Both the position numbers and the translations under genes were made by a program. Below the pieces are notes generated by a model. The model did no database searches, had not been told where the DNA came from, and saw only the letters and a list, made by a program, of their open reading frames with translations. Below, piece after piece: positions 48,433 to 58,254 of a stretch of 64,000 bases of DNA (position 1 is its first letter; every line of letters begins with the position of its first letter). Source of the DNA: an uncultured Myxococcales bacterium (GTDB taxonomy: Bacteria; Myxococcota_A; Bradymonadia; UBA7976; VGTA01); contig CAKZRU010000041.1 in assembly GCA_937146725.1 (NCBI GenBank), positions 5,154-69,153 of the forward strand. Direction: 5' to 3'.

Positions 48433-50847
48433 GTGCAGATGAAAAAGATTAAACCTACATTAAAGAAAACTAAGGTCCAAGGTCTACCAAAGATTGGTAT
48501 TTTCTTGCATACCCACCTCAGACATAAATTGGCTGCGCTTACAGCGAGCTGGTATCATGATTTAGCGCAAAAACTTTCTGAACACTTAGAACTCAAATTA
48601 TATTTAAGTGCTGTTCAGGATCATAAGCTTGATGAAATCGCCACAAAGTTTGATTTTAAACGAATCACCGTGACTGCCGGTAATACTCTCGGTGTACAGC
48701 TCAATGAGGGCTTAGGTAGTTTAAAATCCGAATCTCTTGATGCTGTGATACCGGTCAATGTTGGTGATTTCCTAATGAGTGAACTCATCATGCAACATGC
48801 AAGTCATCTCAAAGAGGGCGGCTTACTGAGCGGTCTTTTAGACCAATATTTTTATGATCCAAATGAGCTAAAGTGTATTCATTGGGCACGAGGTGAAGTC
48901 AAAGAGGGCCTAGATCGAACTTGTGAATTAGGCCTATTGCTTTCAAAGAATTTACTTGATCAATTAAAATGGCAACTATGGCCTAGTCAATCCACAAGAA
49001 AGTTAGATGTTTTACATCAAGCTGTCATGGAAAGAATAGGTCAAATTCTTCAATATGCCCCACCTAAGACTTGCTTACTCAAAACAATGTCAGCTTATGG
49101 TGGCAAGGCTTTTAGCTTTAAAAGCGAGCTAGGCCGAGCGCTTTTTGATGAGCGTAATTGGCAACAACATTTAGCTCAAAGCGATGTAGACTTTGAGTTT
49201 ACTTTTATGGATTCAATGGGTGAGGATTGGATTAATACAGTCGATACTTTTGACGAGAGAGTCACAGTCGATGTTGTTGTAGAAGCGCCTGATTTAAATG
49301 CAAGTTACTTCAGCTTATGGCTCAAACACTATGAGTTTTTACCTTATAAGTTTGACCCTTATGCACAGGTACGACTCAGAGTCATTCCACACAGTAGTCA
49401 GGCTGAATATGAATGGTCGCCAATGTGGGAAACTGTAGATATTAATCCAACAGATCACCGTGGCCAAGCGTGGAATCAAGCGATTAATGAAGTCATCAGT
49501 GATGAGTCAGATTTAGTCTTGTTTGGGGGTAAAGGAAGCTTAGTCGACCTAAAAACCATTGAGCACTACATTATCTTTGCCATGCAAAAAGGGGCTCAAT
49601 TAATGTCGGTGTCAAACTTCTTTGTCGCTTTTGAAGACGGGCATCAAGCTCATTTTTGGCCCGGTCAAGAAGGACTTGGCTTTCAAAGAGCGCTTGGCTT
49701 TGGGTCTTGCGTACACAGCGATTATCTAAAGCGCTTAGGTAGTAATATTTTTGATGAGCAAGGTAGATTGACGCCAGAAAGCCAGCAAGCTTTTGATCAA
49801 ATTCTGAATGATCCTAGTTCCAAGCATCAGCGAGTGATGTTTCAACTCGTTCGGCATGAACTCGGTTTAATTGCCTTTGAAATCGATGGTGCCTTTGGTT
49901 TTTCTGATCTGATTGATGTTGATCAGCTACAGCCTATATCCTTGATCCAACATCTTCATACTTCTACTTATCTCGTCAAGCAAAGAGATCAAATTGCTCA
50001 ATGGGAAGCCGGATACAATATTGGTGAAGCAATCGAGCAAGTACATATTCCATCTTATTCTGCCCCTCAGGAGTCAACCATGAGTTCCGATCAAAGCTCT
50101 AATAATTTAAGTGCACTTGAACGTGCTAAAGCCTTATTGAACCAGTCAAAAGCTCAAGCCACCGAAGCAACCATTGCGCCTGTAGAAGCGGACTCAAGCA
50201 CGCCCGAAGCGAAACCAATGAGTGCACTTGAACGCGCTAAAGCTTTGTTAAAAGCACAATCTGCAGGTCATGAGCAGCCGACTGTATCTACACCAAAGAT
50301 GAATGAGTCAGAAGCAGAAAGCACAACTGAGGCTAAGCCATTAAGCGCTTTAGAAAGAGCTAAGCAGTTACTAAAAAATTCAGGGCAAGAAGCAGCGAGT
50401 CCTGCGCCTGATCCTACGCAAGCCTTATTGCAGCAGGCTATGCGTGGAGCTGAAGCTATGATTGGTCAATTACAAGCAACCGCAGATGCTGCTAAGGCTA
50501 TGGTGAGCCAAGAAAAAGGGAACATTAGTCAATTAGCGGATGACGTGGGGGCCAATAGCCCAGGCAATCTATTGTGTGAGCGAGGTGAGCAAGCCTTTGA
50601 AACAGGCGATATAGAGCAAGCTCAAACACTATTTGACTCGGCTTTACTTGTAGATCCTGCCTGCATTCGTGCACTCAATAATTTAGGTGTTTTGGCTTTA
50701 CAAAATGATGAACCTTGGAAGGCATTGAGCTATTTCCTTATGGGCGTTATTCAAAATCCAAGCCATGAGGATATCTTAATTAACTTACGCGGTTTGTTTG
50801 ATTTACATCCCGAGCTAAACACAGCCAAAACTGTGATTTTTGATTAA
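48433..50847 (+). CDS. hypothetical cytoplasmic protein with three ~40-aa SALERAKALL-containing repeats and C-terminal TPR-like motif
   Basis: Repeats LSALERAKALLNQSKAQ / MSALERAKALLKAQSAG / LSALERAKQLLKNSGQE; C-terminal GEQAFETGDIEQAQTLFDSALLVDPACIRALNNLGVLAL TPR-like. Confidence 0.55.
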   Translation: MQMKKIKPTLKKTKVQGLPKIGIFLHTHLRHKLAALTASWYHDLAQKLSEHLELKLYLSAVQDHKLDEIATKFDFKRITVTAGNTLGVQLNEGLGSLKSESLDAVIPVNVGDFLMSELIMQHASHLKEGGLLSGLLDQYFYDPNELKCIHWARGEVKEGLDRTCELGLLLSKNLLDQLKWQLWPSQSTRKLDVLHQAVMERIGQILQYAPPKTCLLKTMSAYGGKAFSFKSELGRALFDERNWQQHLAQSDVDFEFTFMDSMGEDWINTVDTFDERVTVDVVVEAPDLNASYFSLWLKHYEFLPYKFDPYAQVRLRVIPHSSQAEYEWSPMWETVDINPTDHRGQAWNQAINEVISDESDLVLFGGKGSLVDLKTIEHYIIFAMQKGAQLMSVSNFFVAFEDGHQAHFWPGQEGLGFQRALGFGSCVHSDYLKRLGSNIFDEQGRLTPESQQAFDQILNDPSSKHQRVMFQLVRHELGLIAFEIDGAFGFSDLIDVDQLQPISLIQHLHTSTYLVKQRDQIAQWEAGYNIGEAIEQVHIPSYSAPQESTMSSDQSSNNLSALERAKALLNQSKAQATEATIAPVEADSSTPEAKPMSALERAKALLKAQSAGHEQPTVSTPKMNESEAESTTEAKPLSALERAKQLLKNSGQEAASPAPDPTQALLQQAMRGAEAMIGQLQATADAAKAMVSQEKGNISQLADDVGANSPGNLLCERGEQAFETGDIEQAQTLFDSALLVDPACIRALNNLGVLALQNDEPWKALSYFLMGVIQNPSHEDILINLRGLFDLHPELNTAKTVIFD

Positions 50848-50879
50848 GATATTGATTAAGACTAGGCGGATTTAAGCAT

Positions 50880-51608
50880 ATGGCTCCCAAAGGTGCATTG
50901 CCTCCACTTTCTAAAAGACGTCTTGGTTTTGAATTACCGGATTTAAGCCAAGTTAAACTTGATATCGTGGCAGAAAGTAGTTCTTGGGTACTTGTATCTA
51001 AGCCAGCGGGTTTACTATCAGTGCCAGCAAAAGATCCTCTATTTAAAGACTGTGCTTTGGATAGAGTACAAAAGCTTTATCCTCATGCCACTGGGGGTAT
51101 GGTGGTTCATCGGCTTGATCTACCAACATCGGGCCTTCTTTTATTTGCCTTAACGCCTCAAAGCCTTAGTCATCTCAATCAGCAATTTGCTCAACGTAAA
51201 GTCTCAAAAACATATACAGCAATTTTAGAGAAAGTACCTTTAGTTGCTGAAGGAGATATTTATCTACCATTGCGCTTGGATCCCTTTCAAAGGCCGTTAC
51301 AAGTGGCTGATCCCTTGCATGGTAAACCTTGCCATACACGTTGGCGTATACTTGATGCACAACATCCACAAGGTTGCAAGGTAGCGTTACAGCCTTTAAC
51401 CGGACGCACTCATCAACTTAGACTACATTCAGCCCATCCACTTGGGCTAAACTCACCAATTCTTGGTGATCCTCATTATTCTGTGAATGCTCAAGCAAAT
51501 GGAAGCCCGCCCCAAGGTATACGCTTACATCTTCATGCTTCAGAGCTTAGTTTTGATGACCCTGAAAGTGGTCAGCGCCTATATTTTAAGGATGAAGCGC
51601 CCTTTTAA
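50880..51608 (+). CDS. RluA-family pseudouridine synthase (RluA/TruC-like, no S4 domain)
   Basis: LVSKPAGLLSVP, VHRLDLPTSGLLLFAL (catalytic Asp), GRTHQLRLH motifs. Confidence 0.8.
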   Translation: MAPKGALPPLSKRRLGFELPDLSQVKLDIVAESSSWVLVSKPAGLLSVPAKDPLFKDCALDRVQKLYPHATGGMVVHRLDLPTSGLLLFALTPQSLSHLNQQFAQRKVSKTYTAILEKVPLVAEGDIYLPLRLDPFQRPLQVADPLHGKPCHTRWRILDAQHPQGCKVALQPLTGRTHQLRLHSAHPLGLNSPILGDPHYSVNAQANGSPPQGIRLHLHASELSFDDPESGQRLYFKDEAPF

Positions 51609-51673
51609 ACCCTAACATTTGAGTTTACTGAGCACTAAGCAATCTTAAAGTCTGAATAGAATAGTCGACCTTG

Positions 51674-52726
51674 TTACAGCTTCGAGATTTCAATAATCTC
51701 AATATCTTGAAGACCTTTGAGAGGTGTTGGTCCCAAGCTTTTAGTACTCAATGTGGGTAGGTCTGAGTTTGTTTTGATCGCATTTTGAAGGGCTAAAGCA
51801 TGCTGTTGAGTCACAGCAATAGTATGAGGAGCGCTCACCCCACATAAACGAGCGGCAACATTCACCGTGTTACCCCATACATCAAATTGATAGCGTAAAT
51901 CGCCAACAATTCCCGAAACTAAAGGACCAATATAGACACCCGCTCGAGCACTCCAATCTGGCGTAATTTTAGGAGTGACTGTACACATTTCAAGAGCGGC
52001 AAGCGAAGCAGCTAATAAGGGATCATCAAAGCGAGGTTTGATATTTAGACCGGCAGTGGCCATAAAGGCATCACCGATGGTTTTGATCTTTTCTACTTGG
52101 TAGTAGCTTGCAATTTTTTCATACTCTTTAAACAAGGCATCTAAGCGTTCAACAACTTTGGTTGCAGGATGCTTTTGGCTGTATTCAGTAAAGCCGACTA
52201 CATCACAAAAAATGACCGCAACAGCTTCATGGGATTTGGCTGCAACTGATCCGGATGTTTTAAGCTCTTGGGCGATGGATAAAGGTAAGATGACTTCTAA
52301 GAGTTGATCGGTCTGTTGTCGTAGTTGGCTCTCTTGGCGTAAACTTAGTTGTAAAAGTAACTGAGATCGAACTCGAGCCCTTAAAATCGCAGGATTGATA
52401 GGTTTAGATACATAGTCGACAGCCCCCAATTCTAACCCTTTTTGCTCATCACTATGGTTGGAAAGTCCGGTTAAAAAGATAATGGGGATATGTGCTATAT
52501 GATCTGAGTTTTTCATCGCCGTTAACAGTTCATAACCATTAAACTCCGGCATATTCACATCGCTTAGGACTAGGTCAGGCGGTGACTGTTCCATTAGCTT
52601 TAAGGCCTGCAAAGGTTGGGTGCTCACTTTGAGTTGGCATAAACCTTTTAGAGCCTTGGTAATCAAGCCAAGCGTTAGGGGGTCATCATCAATAATAAAT
52701 ACTGTTGCTGGGTAAGGTTCTTGCAT
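51674..52726 (-). CDS. response regulator with class III adenylate/guanylate cyclase output domain
   Basis: REC: VFIIDDDPLTLGL...LVLSDVNMPEFNGYELL...IPIIFLTG; CYC: AVIFCDVVGFT...KIKTIGDAFMATAGL...ARLCGVSAPHTIAVT. Confidence 0.8.
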   Translation of the reverse strand: MQEPYPATVFIIDDDPLTLGLITKALKGLCQLKVSTQPLQALKLMEQSPPDLVLSDVNMPEFNGYELLTAMKNSDHIAHIPIIFLTGLSNHSDEQKGLELGAVDYVSKPINPAILRARVRSQLLLQLSLRQESQLRQQTDQLLEVILPLSIAQELKTSGSVAAKSHEAVAVIFCDVVGFTEYSQKHPATKVVERLDALFKEYEKIASYYQVEKIKTIGDAFMATAGLNIKPRFDDPLLAASLAALEMCTVTPKITPDWSARAGVYIGPLVSGIVGDLRYQFDVWGNTVNVAARLCGVSAPHTIAVTQQHALALQNAIKTNSDLPTLSTKSLGPTPLKGLQDIEIIEISKL

Positions 52727-53019
52727 CTGCAGATCACTTCGCTTCTAAAAATAACTGACGATTACTAACTGAATAAACAACAGCTTTATAAACTGACTAT
52801 AAGCTAAAGACTAGTATCATGTGTATGTGATCTTTTTACAAGCTTAAAGCTGTTAGAAGCTTAAATCTGTAAGCCACTGAACTTCGATCAATTTTCTCCA
52901 TTTAAATCAGAGCTCTTTATTGACCTAGGTGTGCTCTTTTTTATAGTCTATGTTTTTAAAATAAAGAAAAGATCATCATCTTTCTTATTCATAACCTATT
53001 TAATTAAATAAAGATAAAT

Positions 53020-53958
53020 ATGATGAACTCTGCAGCAGCCACCGCCTTTCAAACAAGTCTTGAGTCAAATTACCATTTGGCTAGTCTTGAGGAACTTCTT
53101 ACCCAACATCAAATTACGACGCAAGACTTGGAATTGGTCCGTCAATACGGTGAGTATATAACACCAAAGTTTCCCTTCTATGTGGATCGCTTTTACTCAT
53201 GGATGGAAAATATGCCTGAGTTTAAGATCTTTTTTAAAGATCAAAAAAAGCTCTTACGAGTGCAAGGGTCTCAAAATAGATTTTGGGAAATCTTTTTTGA
53301 AGCAGAGGTGAATGATCACTATCTTGAGATGCGTAGAAAACTTGGTGAAGTTCATGCTCAGATAGGCTTATCACTTCCGGCTTATTTTGCGGCCTTGAGC
53401 GTTTCTCAAGATATCTTACTTTACGAGCTTTATGATGGTGATCTTACAGAATCACAGCGAATGGCTTGCATTCAGGCCTGTAACAAGCTCATTCAGCTCG
53501 ATGCCTCATTAGTGGTTGAAGCCTATGCAAAACTGAGCAATGAGCGCTTATCAGAGCAAGCCAAAGCAATGATGGAAATGTCAACGCCGGTGACCTCATT
53601 ATGGGATAATATTCTCATGCTTCCGGTGGTAGGGATTATTGACTCAAAGCGAGCTCAAAATATGATGAGTTCTGTGCTTCATAAAATTGCCGAAACTCGA
53701 GCAAAGGTATTTATCATTGATATTGGCGGTGTGTCAGTGGTGGACACTGCGGTTGCAAATCATCTAATAAAGATTACCCAAGCGGCTCGTTTAATGGGCT
53801 GTGTGTGTTTGCTTTCAGGCGTATCTCCAGCCATAGCTCAAACTACGATTGAATTAGGCATTGATGTAGGAAATGTTTTAACACGAGCAACCATGCGTGA
53901 CGCGCTAGAGGAAGCCTTTAGGTTGATCAATGTTGTTGTCTCCAAAAAGGATGCTTAA
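53020..53958 (+). CDS. stressosome sensor RsbR-like protein: N-terminal sensor-globin (protoglobin-like, candidate haem-binding) domain + C-terminal STAS domain
   Basis: Globin-coupled-sensor-like region YVDRFYSWMENMPEFKIFF...LGEVHAQIGLSLPAYFAAL (candidate proximal His); STAS: LPVVGIIDSKRAQNMMSSVLHKIAETRAKVFIIDIGGVSVVDTAVANHLIKI. Confidence 0.7.
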   Translation: MMNSAAATAFQTSLESNYHLASLEELLTQHQITTQDLELVRQYGEYITPKFPFYVDRFYSWMENMPEFKIFFKDQKKLLRVQGSQNRFWEIFFEAEVNDHYLEMRRKLGEVHAQIGLSLPAYFAALSVSQDILLYELYDGDLTESQRMACIQACNKLIQLDASLVVEAYAKLSNERLSEQAKAMMEMSTPVTSLWDNILMLPVVGIIDSKRAQNMMSSVLHKIAETRAKVFIIDIGGVSVVDTAVANHLIKITQAARLMGCVCLLSGVSPAIAQTTIELGIDVGNVLTRATMRDALEEAFRLINVVVSKKDA

Positions 53959-53970
53959 GAAAGCTGATCA

Positions 53971-54369
53971 ATGGTCATGAGAACGGTACAATCTTCGGCT
54001 CAAAAGCTCAATGAATCTCTTCGCTTAGTCTTTACTGAGATTCAAGATACACTGATTTTAACCTTTCCTCCTAGTTGTGGCTTTTTAAGCCAAGAGCTAG
54101 AAGATATCAAGTCTTCGACTCTTCAGCGTTGTGCTCAAAAGCAATATAACTCGGTAATCTTTGACTTAAGTGCGGTTGAGTTGATTGATTTAAGCGAGTG
54201 GGAAGCACTTCGTAAGCTCAATCAAAGTATTAAGCTCATGGGGCCAGATTCATGGTTTGTAGGCTTAAGAACGGATTTGATTATTACCTTGATTTCATTG
54301 GATGCTAAAACCCAAGACCTAAATTATGCCTTAGGTGTAGAAGAAGCATTGACTGAAAGCTTAGGATAA
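53971..54369 (+). CDS. STAS-domain protein, RsbS-like stressosome scaffold/antagonist
   Basis: 132 aa STAS fold; conserved phosphorylatable Ser region IDLSEWEALRKLNQSIKLMG; position between RsbR-like and RsbT-like genes. Confidence 0.65.
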   Translation: MVMRTVQSSAQKLNESLRLVFTEIQDTLILTFPPSCGFLSQELEDIKSSTLQRCAQKQYNSVIFDLSAVELIDLSEWEALRKLNQSIKLMGPDSWFVGLRTDLIITLISLDAKTQDLNYALGVEEALTESLG

Positions 54370-54373
54370 AAAC

Positions 54374-54973
54374 ATGAAAGCTAAGTCACCTATTGTCGAC
54401 TTATCTTATATAAATAAAGACGATCATTTATCGGCGGCTAAGGATCAGAAATATCCGCTTGATAATTGTCCACTTGAACGTGGGTTAGTCAGTATTATGA
54501 AAGATCGTCAAGAAAAGTCTGAACCTTTATTTCTCTGCCATCTGCACAATGAACTAGATATTAATCGAGCACGTTATTTACTTAAGTCCTTTGCATCAGA
54601 GTTAATCATGCAGAATCAACCTTTAGTAGATCACTGTGTCATCTCAACGGATACGATTGCTCTGACACGCCTTTTAACCGCTTGTAACGAGTTATGCTGG
54701 AATGCGGTAAAGTACGCAGGTGGCGGTGTACTAGCACTGTGGAGTGAAGTGACTCAACAAATGATTACACTAACTCTGCAAATTGCCGACGAAGGACCGG
54801 GGATTGCAGACTTAGAGTGGGCATTTCACGATCATAATAGCAGTGGGGGAACTTTGGGTCTTGGCCTTTCGGGAACAAAACGCTTAGTGGATTGGCTCAA
54901 CATTGAAAGCCCAATCCAAGGTCTAGGCTATGGCACCTTAATCACAGTGCAAAGCCAGTGGAGAAGAACATGA
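54374..54973 (+). CDS. RsbT-like GHKL serine kinase / anti-sigma regulatory factor
   Basis: HATPase_c Bergerat motifs ELCWNAVKYAGGG (N box), IADEGPGI (G1), GTLGLGLSGTKRL (G2); 4 nt after RsbS-like stop. Confidence 0.7.
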   Translation: MKAKSPIVDLSYINKDDHLSAAKDQKYPLDNCPLERGLVSIMKDRQEKSEPLFLCHLHNELDINRARYLLKSFASELIMQNQPLVDHCVISTDTIALTRLLTACNELCWNAVKYAGGGVLALWSEVTQQMITLTLQIADEGPGIADLEWAFHDHNSSGGTLGLGLSGTKRLVDWLNIESPIQGLGYGTLITVQSQWRRT

Positions 54974-57966
54974 ATAAAGAAGTCACTGTCGCATTGGGAT
55001 GGATTCGTAGTTATCCAGAAGAGGCGAGAAATGAGTCTAGAGCACGTTTATTAAAGACTCTTAAAGGTCCATTAAAACAAAGCTCTCATCAAGCGAGTCA
55101 AGTGATTGTTTTGCTGTCTGAAATGCTAAAAATACAGCAAAAACAATGGTCCAAAGAAGAATGTCAAATCGTGGGAGATAGTCAGTTTAAGCAGAGCTTA
55201 TATTTTGAGCCCGAAGGAAGTGGTTTAAGATTGGTGATGATCCTGAACTTTGATCGTTTTAGAATGAGTCCTATGCTGACTGAAAGCTTAGAAAGTAAAT
55301 TAAGTTATTGGTCGGCCTTAGGCTTTGACTACACCGACCAAATCAATAAAAATCATCTTGGGGCAGATACGATTAGGGTAATCAAGCTAGCACTCTCTTT
55401 TAAGCAAAGACTTACGCAAGCGCTGATTGCTGACTGTAAAAGTATTTTAGCACAGCGAACTCTTACTGAATTAACCGCTAGTCTCCAAGCGCAAAATAGC
55501 TCACTTGAAGCACATAAAAGAGGTCTTGAAGAAGCGGTTGAGCGCCGGACTGAGGAATTGAGGGTAGCCAAGCAAAAAGCAGAAGAAGCGACCGAGGCCA
55601 AGTCGATGTTTTTAGCGAATATGAGCCACGAGATTAGAACGCCGATGAATGCGATTATTGGCTTATCTCATCTTGCCCAACAGCAAGCCACAGAGCCGGT
55701 ACAAGTAGATTACTTAAGTAAGATTCATACAGCGGGGACTTCACTGCTTACAATTATCAACGATATCTTGGATTTTTCTAAAATTGAAGCCGGAGAAATG
55801 AGCTTTGAGTCTGTGGAATTTGACTTGGATCACTTGCTCAATAATTTAACCGCTTTGACTGCTCATTTGGCTTCAAGTAAAGGCGTGGAGCTCAGTGTTA
55901 TTGTTGACCCTAATGTACCGAGTATTCTCAAGGGTGATCCTTTAAGACTCAATCAAGTTTTAGTCAACCTGCTTAATAATGCAATCAAGTTTACTCAAAA
56001 GGGCGAAGTCAGCTTATACATCACTTATCAAAATCAATCCGAGCAAAATTCTGACCCAATAGCTCAGCTTTTTTTCAAGGTGAAAGATACTGGCATTGGG
56101 ATGAGTTCTGAACAGGTAAATCGACTCTTTAAACCTTTCTCCCAAGCGGATGAATCAACCACCCGTAAGTTTGGTGGAACTGGTTTAGGCCTAACGATTT
56201 GCCAACGCTTGGTAGAACTGATGGGTGGAAAGATTTTTGTTAAAAGCGAATTGGGGCGGGGAAGCGAGTTTAGTTTTACCTTGCCTCATCTGATTAATAC
56301 TCAAACAGAAAGTAACCTTAGTCGCTTAGAAAAAGTATTTAAAGAAGGCTTGAGCTTTAGAGGGCAAAGGGCGCTAGTGGTCGAGGACTCTCCGGCCGCC
56401 CAAGAAGCGATTGAAGCGTTGTTAAACCGCTTACATTTTGATGTTGAGATTGCTTCTGGCGAAACTGAGGCCCTGAGTCGCTTTCAATATGCTCTCGAGC
56501 AGGATCTTGGATTTTCTTGGATTTTCTTGGACTGGAAGTTGGCGGATGGAAGTGGGCTGAGTCTTTTGAAAAAATGGGGGGCTATTAATAATTTAAAAAT
56601 TATTCTTGTGACGGGCTATGGTGATCACGAACTAAAGCAAAGAGCCAAAAAGATGGGGGCAATGGCCACCTTACAAAAACCTCTTACGGCCTCTCTTTTG
56701 GTTGATACCTTATCAGATGTTTATTTTAATCGAAAAGTTAGTGAACAAAAACTCGGCTCAAACTCGCTAAAACCAACAGTGAACTCACAAAAACAAGCAG
56801 ATCATCACTGGCATGGTTTAAAGGGGAAAACTGTGCTGTTGGTTGAAGATAATGAGGTTAATCAACTTGTGGCTAGTCAAATGCTTAAGCAAGTGGGTTT
56901 AAAAGTACTGATTGCTAATCATGGACAAGAAGGGGTTGATCTAGCTTTACAGCATCAAGCAGAACTTGCTTTGGTATTGATGGATATTCAAATGCCACAG
57001 TTGGATGGTTATCAAGCCACTCAAAGGTTAAGGTCTCACGGCTTTGACTTACCGATTATTGCGATGACAGCACATGCGATGGCTGAAGAAAGAAACCGCT
57101 GCCTAAAGGTAGGGATGAACGATCATTTGACCAAGCCGATTAATCCGCAAGTTTTATATAAAACAGTCAGCGAATGGATCTCTAAAAGCCAAGATCAAGT
57201 CGAAGTTCATAAACCAAGCGAGGATTCTACAAGTGAAGCTTCTGCAGAACTCACTCAAGCTGAGTCCATTCAAGCTGAGTCTACTCAAGCCGAGTCTACT
57301 CAAGCAAATAAAGCTCAATTTCACATTGATACTGTTTTAGCAGAGCCTATTTTGGATATGGATTTGGGACTTGCACTAACCGGTGATGATCTGTCATGTT
57401 ATTTACAGATGTTACAACTGATTCATAAAAGCTTTGCAGAAGCGAAAGAGTTTGCTTCGAGTCTTTTGGTAGATCAATCTCACCAAAGTCTACTTTCACT
57501 TAATGAAGCACAGTCTATAAAGCTTGAAAGACTTGCTCACACCCTTAAAGGAACCGGGGCTCAATTAGGCTTCAAAAGAATTTCTCGCATCAGTTCTTAC
57601 ATCGAAGAGTCATGCCATGGCGAACAAAGGGTCCAAAATGCCTATCTTAAGTTTTGGCTAGAATCACTGCAACAAAGTCAGCTTGAGATCGATAGAGTGA
57701 CGCAAGAAAACGCTGTCCTTGATGAGAAAAATGAGTCAGTAATAGCTGATATTCAGCCTATAAACATTCAAGATCACTTGGAAGAGTTAAGGCAACTGAC
57801 TCAGGCGCTTTTGGCAGCAGATTTTGAAGCGATCGATCAAGTACAAAATCTAGAAAGGATTTTGAAGCATCTTTTAGCCCAAGAGGCAGAGTCTTGGTTT
57901 GCCCAAGTTGATTGCTTTGATTTATCTAGTGCTGGAGAGCATTTAAGAGCATTGTTGGAATCGTAA
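54958..57966 (+). CDS. hybrid sensor histidine kinase (HisKA-HATPase-REC-REC-Hpt)
   Basis: H box MSHEIRTPMNAIIGLSHL; N/G boxes LLNNAIKFT, DTGIGM, GGTGLGLTICQRLVELMGG; two REC domains (LVVEDSPAAQE...; VLLVEDNEVNQLV...LVLMDIQMPQLDGY); Hpt HTLKGTGAQLG; start overlaps RsbT-like stop by 16 nt. Confidence 0.85.
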   Translation: MEKNMNKEVTVALGWIRSYPEEARNESRARLLKTLKGPLKQSSHQASQVIVLLSEMLKIQQKQWSKEECQIVGDSQFKQSLYFEPEGSGLRLVMILNFDRFRMSPMLTESLESKLSYWSALGFDYTDQINKNHLGADTIRVIKLALSFKQRLTQALIADCKSILAQRTLTELTASLQAQNSSLEAHKRGLEEAVERRTEELRVAKQKAEEATEAKSMFLANMSHEIRTPMNAIIGLSHLAQQQATEPVQVDYLSKIHTAGTSLLTIINDILDFSKIEAGEMSFESVEFDLDHLLNNLTALTAHLASSKGVELSVIVDPNVPSILKGDPLRLNQVLVNLLNNAIKFTQKGEVSLYITYQNQSEQNSDPIAQLFFKVKDTGIGMSSEQVNRLFKPFSQADESTTRKFGGTGLGLTICQRLVELMGGKIFVKSELGRGSEFSFTLPHLINTQTESNLSRLEKVFKEGLSFRGQRALVVEDSPAAQEAIEALLNRLHFDVEIASGETEALSRFQYALEQDLGFSWIFLDWKLADGSGLSLLKKWGAINNLKIILVTGYGDHELKQRAKKMGAMATLQKPLTASLLVDTLSDVYFNRKVSEQKLGSNSLKPTVNSQKQADHHWHGLKGKTVLLVEDNEVNQLVASQMLKQVGLKVLIANHGQEGVDLALQHQAELALVLMDIQMPQLDGYQATQRLRSHGFDLPIIAMTAHAMAEERNRCLKVGMNDHLTKPINPQVLYKTVSEWISKSQDQVEVHKPSEDSTSEASAELTQAESIQAESTQAESTQANKAQFHIDTVLAEPILDMDLGLALTGDDLSCYLQMLQLIHKSFAEAKEFASSLLVDQSHQSLLSLNEAQSIKLERLAHTLKGTGAQLGFKRISRISSYIEESCHGEQRVQNAYLKFWLESLQQSQLEIDRVTQENAVLDEKNESVIADIQPINIQDHLEELRQLTQALLAADFEAIDQVQNLERILKHLLAQEAESWFAQVDCFDLSSAGEHLRALLES
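57253..57305 (+). repeat. 15-nt in-frame tandem repeat x3 (encodes QAESI/QAEST/QAEST) inside hybrid kinase linker
   Basis: caagctgagtccatt / caagctgagtctact / caagccgagtctact. Confidence 0.75.
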
Positions 57967-58063
57967 AAGATGAGCATTGTGGGCATAATGTAAAAAGTCA
58001 CAAAGCAATTCGTAGATTTATCTTGACTACAAGCTTTCGTCTTGATAAACCCATGCATCACAT

Positions 58064-58136
58064 ACGGGGGTAGCTCAGTTGGTAGAGCCACGGATTCCAA
58101 ATCCGTAGGTCGCAGGTTCGAACCCTGTCCCCCGTG
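58064..58136 (+). tRNA. trnW: tRNA-Trp (anticodon CCA)
   Basis: Cloverleaf folds by hand: acceptor acggggg/cccccgt, D arm gctcagttggtagagc, anticodon stem acgga/tccgt with loop ttCCAaa, T arm gcagg-ttcgaac-cctgt, discriminator G; no encoded CCA. Confidence 0.85.
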
Positions 58137-58144
58137 TTCTAATA

Positions 58145-58166
58145 GGGAGCTATGCTCCCTTTTTTT
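58145..58166 (+). terminator. rho-independent terminator after tRNA-Trp
   Basis: gggagc-tat-gctccc hairpin (58145-58159) followed by ttttttt (58160-58166). Confidence 0.6.
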
Positions 58167-58254
58167 ATGTCTTTATTCCACGTTAATTGCCTGATCTATC
58201 TTTAAGAGTCAGTGCATAATAGACAACGCAAACGTCAATATTACGGAGGCCAAA

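Noticed and set aside
58064-58136. tRNA-Trp as an attachment site of an integrated mobile element
   Set aside because: No integrase, excisionase, phage or transposase genes were found, and no repeated tRNA 3' segment was visible within the window. The flanking genes (stressosome/kinase, pnp) look chromosomal.
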